Source: a virus (taxonomy: Duplodnaviria > Caudoviricetes). From it: 64,000 bases of DNA. Position 1 is the stretch's first letter. Each line of letters opens with the position of its first letter. The notes below the pieces were generated by a model. It saw only the letters and a list, made by a program, of their open reading frames with translations, did not search any database and had not been told where the DNA came from. The position numbers and the translations under genes are program-made. Positions 18,792 to 28,156 of the stretch are shown piece by piece. The stretch is from positions 3,308 through 67,307 of IMG/VR virus record IMGVR_UViG_3300015050_000576. One strand, given 5' to 3'.

Positions 18792-19178
18792 ATGCCCAAT
18801 CCCTTTGCAGGCTACATCCCCGGCGACACTGGCGGCAGAACCGACAACAAGCCAATAGAAGTTGAAGAAGGAAGCTACGTGATTCCAAGCGATATCATCA
18901 GCGCTCTCGGGGAGGGGAATTCCCATGCTGGTTGGGCTGCACTGCAAGCGCAGTTCGGGATGGACCAACCACCGACGAAAGCCGAGGGCGGAGCAATCGG
19001 AACGCCAATCCCGATCATCGCGGCGGCCGGCGAGGGGGTAATTCCCGCGAGTAAAGTGGCAGAGATCGGCGGCGGCGACGTCACGCGCGGGCATTCGATC
19101 TTGGACGCGCTGGTAAGCCATGTTCGCCGCAAGACTATCAAAACGTTGAAAAAGCTACCAAAACCCAGGAAAAACTGA
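18792..19178 (+). CDS. Small internal virion (ejection-associated) protein
   Basis: TGGRTD...EEGSYVIPSDIISALGEGNS.AG...GEGVIP..KV..IGGGD..RG...LD motif typical of this class of podoviruses. Confidence 0.6.
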   Translation: MPNPFAGYIPGDTGGRTDNKPIEVEEGSYVIPSDIISALGEGNSHAGWAALQAQFGMDQPPTKAEGGAIGTPIPIIAAAGEGVIPASKVAEIGGGDVTRGHSILDALVSHVRRKTIKTLKKLPKPRKN

Positions 19179-19239
19179 TATAAAGACGAAGCCTGCCAGT
19201 GTCTCACCACTGACAAGCTTCTGGCCAAACGAACGTTGG

Positions 19240-20007
19240 GTGTCCGTAATGGTTGTTGATGACAATAGTCATACCGTTGTTTCTCGTAAAGAAGCGAAGG
19301 CCAAGGGCCTTGCACATTATTTTACTGGGAGGCCTTGCAAGCGCGGGCATATTGCGCCGCGCGTCGTTGCAAAGGCAGCTTGCTCCGTCTGCTTAAAGGC
19401 AGAGTATGCTGCGTATAAGGCAAGAAATGTAGACGTCGTTTTAGCTCGAAGTCGCGCTTACGAGAAAAACAACAAGGCAAAGCGACTAGAAAAGAACCGT
19501 CGATACTATCGCGAAAACAAAGAGCGGCGGAACGCATACAGTAGGAAATGGTATCGAGAGAATACCGAGAAGGCGCTGGCTAACTCTGCCGAGTATATGA
19601 AGCAATACCGCTCTTCGCCGCGGTTCAAAGATGAGCACGCCAAGCGGTGTGAAAGTTATAATAAGCGGCATCCGGATAAAATCAAAGCTATAACTCGGGC
19701 GTGGAACCAAGAAAACAAGGGCAAGAAACGAGCGTATGAGCGAACGCGCAGAGCCCGAAAGCGGGGCAATGGGGGCACTCATACCGCAGAAGATATCGTC
19801 GATATATTCAAACAACAGCGCGGAAGATGTGCCATCTGCGCGGCATCACTTAAATCAATCACTCAACACGTGGACCACATTATTCCCCTCGTCGCTGGCG
19901 GGAGCAATGGCCGCAGAAACCTGCAAATCTTGTGCGAACCTTGCAATCTTCGTAAGGGGCGCCGGGACCCTATAGACGCAATGAGATCATTAGGAAGGCT
20001 GCTTTAG
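19240..20007 (+). mobile_element. Free-standing HNH endonuclease
   Basis: SRKEAKAKGLAHYFTGRPCKRGH N-terminus; CAIC...HVDHIIPLVAGGSNGRRNLQILCEPCNLRKG. Confidence 0.85.
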
Positions 20008-20556
20008 ATGGCGTGTGAATCTGTTGTCCGAGCCGCGACGGCCGCCGACAAGAAAGAAATCTGGCGGCTGTTTCGATTGCTGCACAAAGAAAATGGGCTG
20101 TCTTCAATGTCGGAGCGCAAGGTCGACTACTACATCGACCGGCTGCTCAATCCAGAAAATATTAGGGCGGACGACGCCGGACCGCGAGGCTTGATCGGGG
20201 TTATTGGTACGTCGGAACATCTTGAGGGCGCCATCATGCTGGCCTTTGGTTCGCAGTGGTACAGCGATGAAATAACGCTGGATGAATATCTCAATTTTGT
20301 CGACCCGGCACATCGCGCGTCTAACCACGCCAAGACGCTCATCCGCTACGCAAAGCATATGGTTGATCAACTGCAGCCCGCATACCCGACGATGCGGCTA
20401 ATCATCGGCGTGCTTTCGTCAATCCGGACGCGCCACAAAGTGCGGTTTTACGAGGGCGTATTTGGAACACCTTGCGGAAGTTTCTGGGCATATCCGCCTC
20501 CGGACGACGTGCCGGAACTGCGCCGCCCGATGAACCGATTAATGAAGGCTGGCTAG
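20008..20556 (+). CDS. GNAT-like protein of the tail/ejection module
   Basis: VRAATAAD start; F.FVDP.HR.S.HA..L; position before the first large ejection gene. Confidence 0.5.
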   Translation: MACESVVRAATAADKKEIWRLFRLLHKENGLSSMSERKVDYYIDRLLNPENIRADDAGPRGLIGVIGTSEHLEGAIMLAFGSQWYSDEITLDEYLNFVDPAHRASNHAKTLIRYAKHMVDQLQPAYPTMRLIIGVLSSIRTRHKVRFYEGVFGTPCGSFWAYPPPDDVPELRRPMNRLMKAG

Positions 20557-20557
20557 C

Positions 20558-23251
20558 ATGGGCGGCAAGACACAGACGGCGACCACCACCAATCAGTCGA
20601 CCACGACGCCAACCAACGTCGCAGGCCTGCAGAGCATCTTTGACAAGGTGCAATCGGCAGCGGCAACGCCGTACACGCCATATGGCGGGCAGTTGACGGC
20701 TGGGGTCAACGAACAGCAGAACCAGGGCATCGCCGGGATCAACGCCGGGGCCAATGTGGCTTCCCCGTATTACGCGCAGGCACAGCAGTACGCGACACAG
20801 GCCGGGGCCCCGCTGTCTCAGGCGGCCATTTCCAGCTATATGAACCCGTACCAGCAAAGCGTCATCGAGGCGACGCAGCGGAATTTTGCGGAGTCCAACG
20901 GCCAACAGCAACAGCAGGTAAAGGGCAATCTCGCTCTGTCCGGTGCGCTGGGTGGTTCACGTCAGGCCGTGGCTCAGGCCGAAACCGCACGGCAGCAAAA
21001 ACTGGCGCAGGATCCCGTCATCGCACAGATGAACGCGGACAACTACAAACAGGCCCTTGCTGCGGCTCAGGGCGACCGTAGCGCGGCGGGGAGCGCTGCG
21101 GGCACTCTTGGCCAGCTCGGCACGGGAGCGCAGGGAGCGGCCTTGCAGGGCGCTGGGGCGCAGATCGGCGCGGGCACCTTGCAACAGACCGCCGAGCAGG
21201 CCGCGCTTGATGCGCAGTACAAGCAATATCTGCAGGCGCAGGGTTTTCCGTATCAGCAGGCGCAATTCCTTGCGCAGTATGGGACTCCGGCAGCACTTGC
21301 TCAGGGCAGCACCACCAGCGGGACCGGAACACAAACCACGCCGGGCCCGAACCCGTTTGTTCAGGCGGCCGGACTTGGGTTGTCTGCAGCTGGCATGTTC
21401 CTCAAAGATGGGGGCCGCGTTGGGTATGCGGATGGTGGTTCACCTTACAATTTTGTCTCGGAAGCGCCGGGCTTTATTCCACTCAATGGCCAAGCCCCGC
21501 AAGTCTCAATGCCTCAATCGTCGGCTCCGCAAATGAGTATGTCGGGACAAGGCTCGGCGACGCAGGCCGACCCGTGGAAATCGGTCACGGCCGGGCTTGG
21601 ATCCATGCGCGGACGGTTCGCGGGAACGCCAGATTACGGCCAAACTTCCAACGTGGACATTGGAGGTTATTCCATGCCGATGTTTGGCAGCTCGCCAGCG
21701 AGAAACTTCGCGGAAGGCATCGCCCCGATGTCACACGGCGGCCTTGTCGAAGCCATTCACGGCATCCACAAGGCGATCAAGCATTCCCGGGGCGGGACAG
21801 TTGGGGGCACTCCGTTTGCGCCGTTTGCCAATGGGGGTGAACCACGGCAATACGCTGAGGGCGGGGCAACTTTTGACGACCGTTTTAGCGCGGCATTTCC
21901 CGCGCCCGAACCGCAGGAGGAGCCGTTCCGTCTTGCCGGCCCCGAGGCCATGGACGCATGGCGCAAGGACGTAGACAATCCGAATCCCGCGTTGGTAGCC
22001 GATGCCAGCATGCCGCCGGTGCCCGTGCCGCGGCCTACCGCCACTTCGGCAAACCCGATGCAAAGCGCAGCGCTGCCGCCGCAGATTACTGGACCCGATC
22101 AGGAAGAAGAAGATTCCGGTTCCGCCATGGCGTTTGATGCTACAGCTCCGCGCAACCCCATGAACCTCGTTCCGCGGGAGGCTTCGGCACAAGACCAGCC
22201 GCCCGAACAGCAGTTTGGCAAATCCCTGTTCGGCGTTAACCTGTCTGACAAAACCCGGCAGGCGATGGTAGCAGCCGGTCTCGGAATCGCTGCAAGCAAA
22301 TCCCCGTTTGCGCTTACCGCGCTTGGGGAAGGCGGTCAGCAAGGCCTGAAGACATATACCGAGGTTGGGGCGGCAGAACGGGCCGCCGCTAACACGAAAA
22401 TCTCTCAGGCCCAGCAGCAGCGTCGCGTGGATATGGAAGCGCAGCGACTCGCGCAGTCGGCGGAACAGTTCGCCAAGAATAATTCGCTGGCAGAGCGCCG
22501 GCTTAAGGCCGAAGAGAAGCGCAATAAGACGGCCGACGAACGCGGCAAGTGGACGTACCTTGGCCCATCTGATGACGGGAAAGGTTCCGTGTTCATGGAC
22601 GCCACAACGGGAGACACAGAGGTAAGGCCCATCAAGGTTGCGCCGAAGTCCGGCAGCAACAAGCCCCTGCCTTCTCCGGCGGTTAAGTCGCTGACTGAGG
22701 CCGGCTCAACATACGCCGACTTTGACCGGCTCGTCACCACGTTCAAACCGGAATACGCCGGAAAGACCATCGGCGTTATAGGAGAAGCGCAAAACGCCAT
22801 CGGGCGGAACGTCGGTGCTGGGTATGGCGAACAAGCGCAGTGGTGGCAAGACTACCAGATGCAGAAGAATGAAATCAGGAACCGCCTGTTCGGGTCGGCC
22901 CTGACTGCAACGGAAAAGGCCGAGTTTGACAAGGCGGCCATCACGCCGGGCATGACGAAAGAGACGGTCGAAGCCAATCTGGGCCGGCAACGGCTCCTCG
23001 CTCAACGCGCGGCAAGGAAGCTGGCACAAGTCTATCGCAAGTCTGGGTATTCAGAGGAGGCAATTGAGGCCGCAGTTGGGGTCCCGCTGTCTACTCTGGA
23101 GGAGCCCGCGGTCGCCGACAAGGCCAAGACCGACGCCGCGCCGCCCTCGCCCCCCAAAGGTATCCCGCCCGGTTCTGCCTACAGCCCTTCCCGCAAGCAG
23201 TGGAAGGCTCCTGATGGTACAATCTTCAACGCGGACGGCAGCAAAGCATGA
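20558..23251 (+). CDS. Internal virion / DNA ejection protein
   Basis: MGGK.QT.T start; YMNPYQQSVI; Q/A-rich helical repeats; low-complexity linkers; position. Confidence 0.7.
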   Translation: MGGKTQTATTTNQSTTTPTNVAGLQSIFDKVQSAAATPYTPYGGQLTAGVNEQQNQGIAGINAGANVASPYYAQAQQYATQAGAPLSQAAISSYMNPYQQSVIEATQRNFAESNGQQQQQVKGNLALSGALGGSRQAVAQAETARQQKLAQDPVIAQMNADNYKQALAAAQGDRSAAGSAAGTLGQLGTGAQGAALQGAGAQIGAGTLQQTAEQAALDAQYKQYLQAQGFPYQQAQFLAQYGTPAALAQGSTTSGTGTQTTPGPNPFVQAAGLGLSAAGMFLKDGGRVGYADGGSPYNFVSEAPGFIPLNGQAPQVSMPQSSAPQMSMSGQGSATQADPWKSVTAGLGSMRGRFAGTPDYGQTSNVDIGGYSMPMFGSSPARNFAEGIAPMSHGGLVEAIHGIHKAIKHSRGGTVGGTPFAPFANGGEPRQYAEGGATFDDRFSAAFPAPEPQEEPFRLAGPEAMDAWRKDVDNPNPALVADASMPPVPVPRPTATSANPMQSAALPPQITGPDQEEEDSGSAMAFDATAPRNPMNLVPREASAQDQPPEQQFGKSLFGVNLSDKTRQAMVAAGLGIAASKSPFALTALGEGGQQGLKTYTEVGAAERAAANTKISQAQQQRRVDMEAQRLAQSAEQFAKNNSLAERRLKAEEKRNKTADERGKWTYLGPSDDGKGSVFMDATTGDTEVRPIKVAPKSGSNKPLPSPAVKSLTEAGSTYADFDRLVTTFKPEYAGKTIGVIGEAQNAIGRNVGAGYGEQAQWWQDYQMQKNEIRNRLFGSALTATEKAEFDKAAITPGMTKETVEANLGRQRLLAQRAARKLAQVYRKSGYSEEAIEAAVGVPLSTLEEPAVADKAKTDAAPPSPPKGIPPGSAYSPSRKQWKAPDGTIFNADGSKA

Positions 23252-25827
23252 CGAAATCCGCCAAGTCCAAAGCGCTGGTTCTGGCGCGAATCAAGGACAA
23301 CAAGAAGGCCAAGCCTTCGACGTGGGACCACAGGAAAAAAGGCCCGTGGGACAAGCGCACCAAGAAAGCAGACGGCGGTGGCGTCGCCGGTCAACTTGAG
23401 TCCGGAAATATCGACCTTTCGCGCCGCCCGGTTGTCCACAACCCAGACGGTTCAATTAGCACCGTCCGCTCAATGGGCGTGAATTTCGACGGCAGGGAAA
23501 CCCTGATCCCGACAGTTAGCCATGATGGCGTCGTTCTTTCTGATAATGACGCCATCCGGCTTTATCGGATGTCAGGCAAGCACCTAGGGCAATTTGATAC
23601 GCCGGAGAACGCGAACGCATATGCCGAGCAGCTTCACCGCGACCAAGAGCAGATGTATGCACCAGAGAAAGCGGCCGGCGGCGCGGTGGACGACTGGATT
23701 ACGCCCCCGGCGGACGATTGGACGACCCCAAGCAAGCCCGCGGTCCCTGATAATGGCAAACTTGACGCGGCATTGCAGGGCGCAAAGGCTGGGTTGACGT
23801 TCAATTTCAATGACGAGATTGCCGGAGCGAGAGCCGCCGCACCAAAGATCCCCGGAACGGATTGGAATATCCCCGATTTTGTCGGGCCGATACCCGCTCG
23901 GACCATCGCAGGCGGAATCCGCACGGGCCTGAATGCCATCACAGGGAAAGACCCGGAAGCCGCGGCGGCCTATGAAAAGGCCCGCGACGAGGAGCGCGCA
24001 GCATCTGCGGCGGCCAAAGAACATCACCCCTACATGCATGTCGCAGGCGAAGTTGCAGGTTCTCTCCCGGCCATGGCGGCAATGCCGGAGGCGGCCATTC
24101 TCAAGGGGGCGACCCTTGGCAAGCGTATGATGCAAGGCGCTCAGGTGGGCGCTGAGTACGGGGCGCTTGCCGGCGCTGGCGACGGCAAGGACGGGACAGA
24201 ACGCGCTACAGGGGCCGCTACGGGCGCGGCAAGTGGCGTTGTCGGCGGTGCCGCAGCGCCAATCATCGGGTCGGCCGCTGGGCTCGTTTACGACAAATTC
24301 GGCAAGCCAATTGTCAACGCCGTTCGGGGCGCCATGGACCCTGCCGCGGAAGCCTCCAAGCGGCTCGCCACGGCCTTGAAGGCGGATCAGGAGATGATTG
24401 CCGCCGGCAAAGCGCAGGGCATGTCCCCATCGGAATGGACCGCAGCGCGGGCGGCGGGCGAGCCCGTGACGCTGGCGGACCTCGGTTCAAGCAACACGCA
24501 GGCTCTGCTTCGGTCAGCGGCCAACACATCTCCGGAGGGACGGGCCGCGCTGGAAAAGGCGTTCAACGACCGCTTCTCAGGCCAGACTGAGCGGGTGGCG
24601 GATGAGGTGAGGGGGCTTGTGACCGGCGGCGCTAATGCCCACAAGACCGGCGACCAGTTGGTGGCGGAATACGATATGGCCCGGGTGCCGGCGTACAAGC
24701 TGGCTTACCGGCAGGGCGACAAGGAAATAATTTCTCCGAAGATGGAGGAGTTGATGGGCAGCCCAATGTTTGAGGACGCCATGAAAGCAGCCGTTACCGG
24801 TGTGAAGGATCGCGCCATTGCGGGTGGTCATGCCGTGGTAACGAATCCTGGTGTCACGCTTGAAAACGGGATGCTCAAATTTACGCGCGCCAAACCTGAC
24901 GGCACGCCGATATATCCCAATCTCCAATACTGGGATGCAGTTCGGAAGGAACTTGACCGAGTTGCCAAGATGGCAAAGCGCTCCGGTGACCCGCAAGGAG
25001 ACGTTGCCGCAACGATGGCTAAAACTCTCAACAAAGAGCTGGACAAGGCTGTGCCGTCCTATGGCAATGCCCGAGGCATCGCAGCGCAATATTTCGGCGA
25101 AAGCAACGCACTTGAAGCCGGACAAAAACTAGCCGGCAAGAAAATAGACCCAAAGATCATCAAAGACATCATGGCCAAGATGAAGCCGGATGAACGTGAC
25201 CTGTTCCGCGAAGGCTACGCCTCTGACTGGGCGAACCGCGTCATTGGCAACATGAGCGACAGCCGGAACATCACCAAGGCGATGTTCAATTCTCCGAATG
25301 AGCGGGCAAGGGCTGTTGCCGTGTTCGGTCCTGCTGGCATGGCCAAGATGGAAACCCGCATGGCGTTGGAAACCATCATGGACGGCGCCAGAACGGCCAT
25401 GGGCAATTCTACCACGGCTCGGCAGCTTATTGAGGCTGGGTTGGCTGGCGGCGCTCTGGGTGGCTACCTAGACGGCGATTGGAAGGGCGCTCTTGCCGGT
25501 GCTGCATCAGGTGCAGGCGCACGCAAGGCACTCGGGACCGAAATGGCGGCCGGGGCGCGCAAACTGATCGGAAAGGTCGACGTCAGGACCGCGCGGCACG
25601 TCGCTGAACTACTGACATCCAATGACCCCGCCAAGCTCCAGAAGGGGCTACGGATGGCGCGGAAGAATCAGAAGATCGCTGACGGGCTTCGCCGCATCGC
25701 TGACCGGATGGCTCTCGCCGGGCAGAATAAGGCTATACCGCGAGTCGAAGTCGACACCACGGGATGGGGCCGCGCGCTTCAGGGCCCAGTGCCCGCAGGC
25801 GCAGAGAATGAACAGCAACAGCCCTAG
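23248..25827 (+). CDS. Large internal virion / DNA ejection protein with an N-terminal extra domain
   Basis: AGLTFNFNDEIAG, A/G-rich TM-like segments, helical body; N-terminal NIDL..RPVV.N.DGSISTVRS module. Confidence 0.7.
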   Translation: MTKSAKSKALVLARIKDNKKAKPSTWDHRKKGPWDKRTKKADGGGVAGQLESGNIDLSRRPVVHNPDGSISTVRSMGVNFDGRETLIPTVSHDGVVLSDNDAIRLYRMSGKHLGQFDTPENANAYAEQLHRDQEQMYAPEKAAGGAVDDWITPPADDWTTPSKPAVPDNGKLDAALQGAKAGLTFNFNDEIAGARAAAPKIPGTDWNIPDFVGPIPARTIAGGIRTGLNAITGKDPEAAAAYEKARDEERAASAAAKEHHPYMHVAGEVAGSLPAMAAMPEAAILKGATLGKRMMQGAQVGAEYGALAGAGDGKDGTERATGAATGAASGVVGGAAAPIIGSAAGLVYDKFGKPIVNAVRGAMDPAAEASKRLATALKADQEMIAAGKAQGMSPSEWTAARAAGEPVTLADLGSSNTQALLRSAANTSPEGRAALEKAFNDRFSGQTERVADEVRGLVTGGANAHKTGDQLVAEYDMARVPAYKLAYRQGDKEIISPKMEELMGSPMFEDAMKAAVTGVKDRAIAGGHAVVTNPGVTLENGMLKFTRAKPDGTPIYPNLQYWDAVRKELDRVAKMAKRSGDPQGDVAATMAKTLNKELDKAVPSYGNARGIAAQYFGESNALEAGQKLAGKKIDPKIIKDIMAKMKPDERDLFREGYASDWANRVIGNMSDSRNITKAMFNSPNERARAVAVFGPAGMAKMETRMALETIMDGARTAMGNSTTARQLIEAGLAGGALGGYLDGDWKGALAGAASGAGARKALGTEMAAGARKLIGKVDVRTARHVAELLTSNDPAKLQKGLRMARKNQKIADGLRRIADRMALAGQNKAIPRVEVDTTGWGRALQGPVPAGAENEQQQP

Positions 25828-25878
25828 CGGATAAGGGATCAGCAGCCACACGGCTGCGAGCGCAATTCGGAGAAGCAT
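25648..25878 (-). CDS. Candidate membrane protein (superinfection-exclusion-like moron)
   Basis: MLLRIALAAVWLLIPYPLGLLLFILCACGHWALKR...; TG-C-TATGAT lies 6 nt before the ATG; the 3' part overlaps the ejection gene antisense. Confidence 0.5.
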   Translation of the reverse strand: MLLRIALAAVWLLIPYPLGLLLFILCACGHWALKRAAPSRGVDFDSRYSLILPGESHPVSDAAKPVSDLLILPRHP

Positions 25879-25963
25879 TCTCCAATCATAGCACAGGTTT
25901 GTTTCAGGACGGTTTCGCGAGAAGCCGTCCTTTTCTGTTTCTGCACTGTTTCGAGGGATAACG

Positions 25964-26869
25964 ATGGCTGATCTGGTTAAATTGAAAGATGCGAATATCC
26001 GGCGTTGGAAAGCCGCCAAACTGACCCGAGGGCCGGAGTTTATCCCGGTCGCGAAGCGGCTGGTTGCGGCGAAAGAACGGTATCTAACCGTCTCAAAACG
26101 AACCGGCATCCCGTGGCCGTTTATCGCCGTGACGCACCAACGGGAATCCTCGCAGAACTGGGCCCGGTCATTGGCGCAGGGCGATCCGTGGAACGAGCGG
26201 TCGACGCATGTTCCGGCCGGGCGCGGTCCGTTCACGTCATGGGAAGAGGCGGCTTATGACGCGCTTGTAAATTGCGCGCCCCATGCCTCCCGCAACAAGG
26301 ATTGGAGCATCGGCGGCCTTCTCACGCTCTTGGAGCGGTACAACGGGGTTGGGTACGTCAACCGCGGGCTGCCGTCTCCTTACATCTGGTCCGGGACCGA
26401 TCAGTACAGCAGGGGCAAGTACGTTCGGGACGGCGTGTTTGATCCCAACGAGGTGGACAAGCAGCTAGGCTGCGCCGGTCTCATCATGGCCATGATGAAC
26501 CTGGATGCGTCGATCAAATTCGATGAAATGCCAGCCTCTGCCTCCGAGCCTGAGCGCGATGGCGCTTGGCTGCAGAACTCGCTCAACAAATTGGGCGCAA
26601 ATCCCGCGATTGAGGTGGACGGCATTGTCGGTCCCGCCACGCGCAATGCAGTTCGGGCATTCCAGCTTAGCCAGGGGCTGACCGTTGACGGCCTTGTGGG
26701 GCCCGCCACGTTCGCCGCGCTGGATAAGGCGCTTGATGCCGGCAAGCTCGTTCCAACGCTTCCTGTGCCGCCTGAGATCGTCCTGCCGCCGCCGGGAGCG
26801 GTGCGGGAGGGCCTATCCCCGACGTTCTGGGGCAGAGTATTCGACTTGTTCAAGCCAAAAGGAAAATGA
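25964..26869 (+). CDS. Endolysin: lysozyme-like domain plus C-terminal peptidoglycan-binding domain
   Basis: IPWPFIAVTHQRES...LERYNG.GY...SPYIWSGTDQY..GKYV.DG.FD; VDGIVGPAT..AV.AFQ...GL.VDG.VGP.T. Confidence 0.85.
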   Translation: MADLVKLKDANIRRWKAAKLTRGPEFIPVAKRLVAAKERYLTVSKRTGIPWPFIAVTHQRESSQNWARSLAQGDPWNERSTHVPAGRGPFTSWEEAAYDALVNCAPHASRNKDWSIGGLLTLLERYNGVGYVNRGLPSPYIWSGTDQYSRGKYVRDGVFDPNEVDKQLGCAGLIMAMMNLDASIKFDEMPASASEPERDGAWLQNSLNKLGANPAIEVDGIVGPATRNAVRAFQLSQGLTVDGLVGPATFAALDKALDAGKLVPTLPVPPEIVLPPPGAVREGLSPTFWGRVFDLFKPKGK

Positions 26870-26870
26870 G

Positions 26871-27113
26871 ATGCTTGGAATCAGCAATTGGGGCCGCGTC
26901 ATCGTTTCGACGATTGTCGTGGCTGGGTTCATCGGCGTTACCGTCCTTTACATGACGCAGAAAATCAATGGCGCTGCGGTGCCTGAGATCCTATCCATCC
27001 TTTTGGGGGCGCTGGCGACCAACTTTACCGCCGTTGTCGGATACTGGATTGGCTCGTCTGCCTCTTCGAGCGCGAAGGACGCAACGATCAGCGATATGGC
27101 GGCCAAGCCATGA
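26871..27113 (+). CDS. 2-TM holin-like protein
   Basis: Two hydrophobic segments, VVGYWIGSS motif, directly after the endolysin. Confidence 0.6.
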   Translation: MLGISNWGRVIVSTIVVAGFIGVTVLYMTQKINGAAVPEILSILLGALATNFTAVVGYWIGSSASSSAKDATISDMAAKP

Positions 27114-27613
27114 TCGCCCTTTTCGCAGCCCTGCCGGCCATCCTCGGCGCGCTCGCCGGCATGGTCCCGGCGATTGTCCAGCTATTCACATTGAAGGCCA
27201 ACAATGCCCACCAGCTCGCAATGGCCCAAGAGCAGCGTCAGGCTGCGAAGGAGGGCGTGGCTCTACAGGTTGATCTCGCAAACGCTCAAGCTGATATTCG
27301 CCAAGCCGATCATATTTACTCTTACGGTAACGGCACTTCTGGCAACAAGTTTGTGGACGCACTGGCCATTTTTGTCCGGCCCTACGTTACGCTGGTTTTC
27401 TTCCATCTCTGGATACTTCTAGAGATCTTCATGTTCATCTATGCGGTGAACAGCGGGTACGACCTTGGCCAACTCGTCAAGGTTCTATGGCCGGATGAAA
27501 CGCAGGCCATGTTCGGCGCCATCATGGGTTTCTGGTTTGGCGACCGAATGATGATGCGGGGCAATCAGCGCATGGCAGCAACTCTCTCAGTAACGAAAGG
27601 AACATCGAAATGA
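27110..27613 (+). CDS. 3-TM holin-like protein (GTA_holin_3TM-like)
   Basis: VRPYVTLVF...GAIMGFWFGDR pattern. Confidence 0.6.
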   Translation: MIALFAALPAILGALAGMVPAIVQLFTLKANNAHQLAMAQEQRQAAKEGVALQVDLANAQADIRQADHIYSYGNGTSGNKFVDALAIFVRPYVTLVFFHLWILLEIFMFIYAVNSGYDLGQLVKVLWPDETQAMFGAIMGFWFGDRMMMRGNQRMAATLSVTKGTSK

Positions 27614-27762
27614 CGCTATGGCTTATCTCAGGGACTCTAGGATTCGTCGCGGGCGGCGCTGTAATCTGGTTCGGACGCGAGCGCATTGAAAAGCTGGTAA
27701 TCGGCGGTAATGCCCTGTCAGCAAAACTGCACGCCAAGGCGGATGCTATTCTGAAAAAATGA
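27610..27762 (+). CDS. 50-aa membrane protein in the lysis cassette
   Basis: MTLWLISGTLGFVAGGAVIWFGRERIEKLV...; ATGA coupling on both sides. Confidence 0.55.
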   Translation: MTLWLISGTLGFVAGGAVIWFGRERIEKLVIGGNALSAKLHAKADAILKK

Positions 27763-27865
27763 CGAAGCGGGCCGCCATGTCGCGCGAACGGCATGACGAC
27801 CCTGACCCCCAACCCTTCGAAGAGGCTGACGATACCATGCCAAAAATGCGTAAAGAATTCCCTCA

Positions 27866-28156
27866 ATGACCCCAGATGAAATCAAGGAGGTCATCCGCGA
27901 GGTTCTAGACGAGCAACGCGCCCATGAGCCAACCATGGACACAGTTGCCCTCAAAACCATTGCAACGCTGCTGACATCGTTCGGCATCGAAGAGGAAGAC
28001 CGCGTAGAGCTGAGAGCCGATTTCCAGCATCTTCGACGGTGGCGCAAGAGCGTAGAGCAGGCGCAATCCTACACTTTCAAGGCGATCATAACCGTTATAG
28101 TGACGGGCTTCCTCGGGGCTCTCTGGCTCGGCATCAAGACGATGCTGGGGAAGTAG
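27866..28156 (+). CDS. C-terminally anchored small membrane protein (lysis-associated)
   Basis: Charged N-terminus and a single C-terminal TM segment, AIITVIVTGFLGALWLGIK. Confidence 0.6.
   Translation: MTPDEIKEVIREVLDEQRAHEPTMDTVALKTIATLLTSFGIEEEDRVELRADFQHLRRWRKSVEQAQSYTFKAIITVIVTGFLGALWLGIKTMLGK

Noticed and set aside
20558-25827. Tape-measure protein / long tail
   Set aside because: No tail tube, sheath, tail chaperone frameshift pair or baseplate genes; order adaptor-nozzle-large helical proteins fits podovirus ejection proteins.
25879-26235. Long 195-aa version of the minus-strand ORF 25648-26235
   Set aside because: The upstream part is antisense to the endolysin and not protein-like; only the part from ATG 25878 has promoter support.
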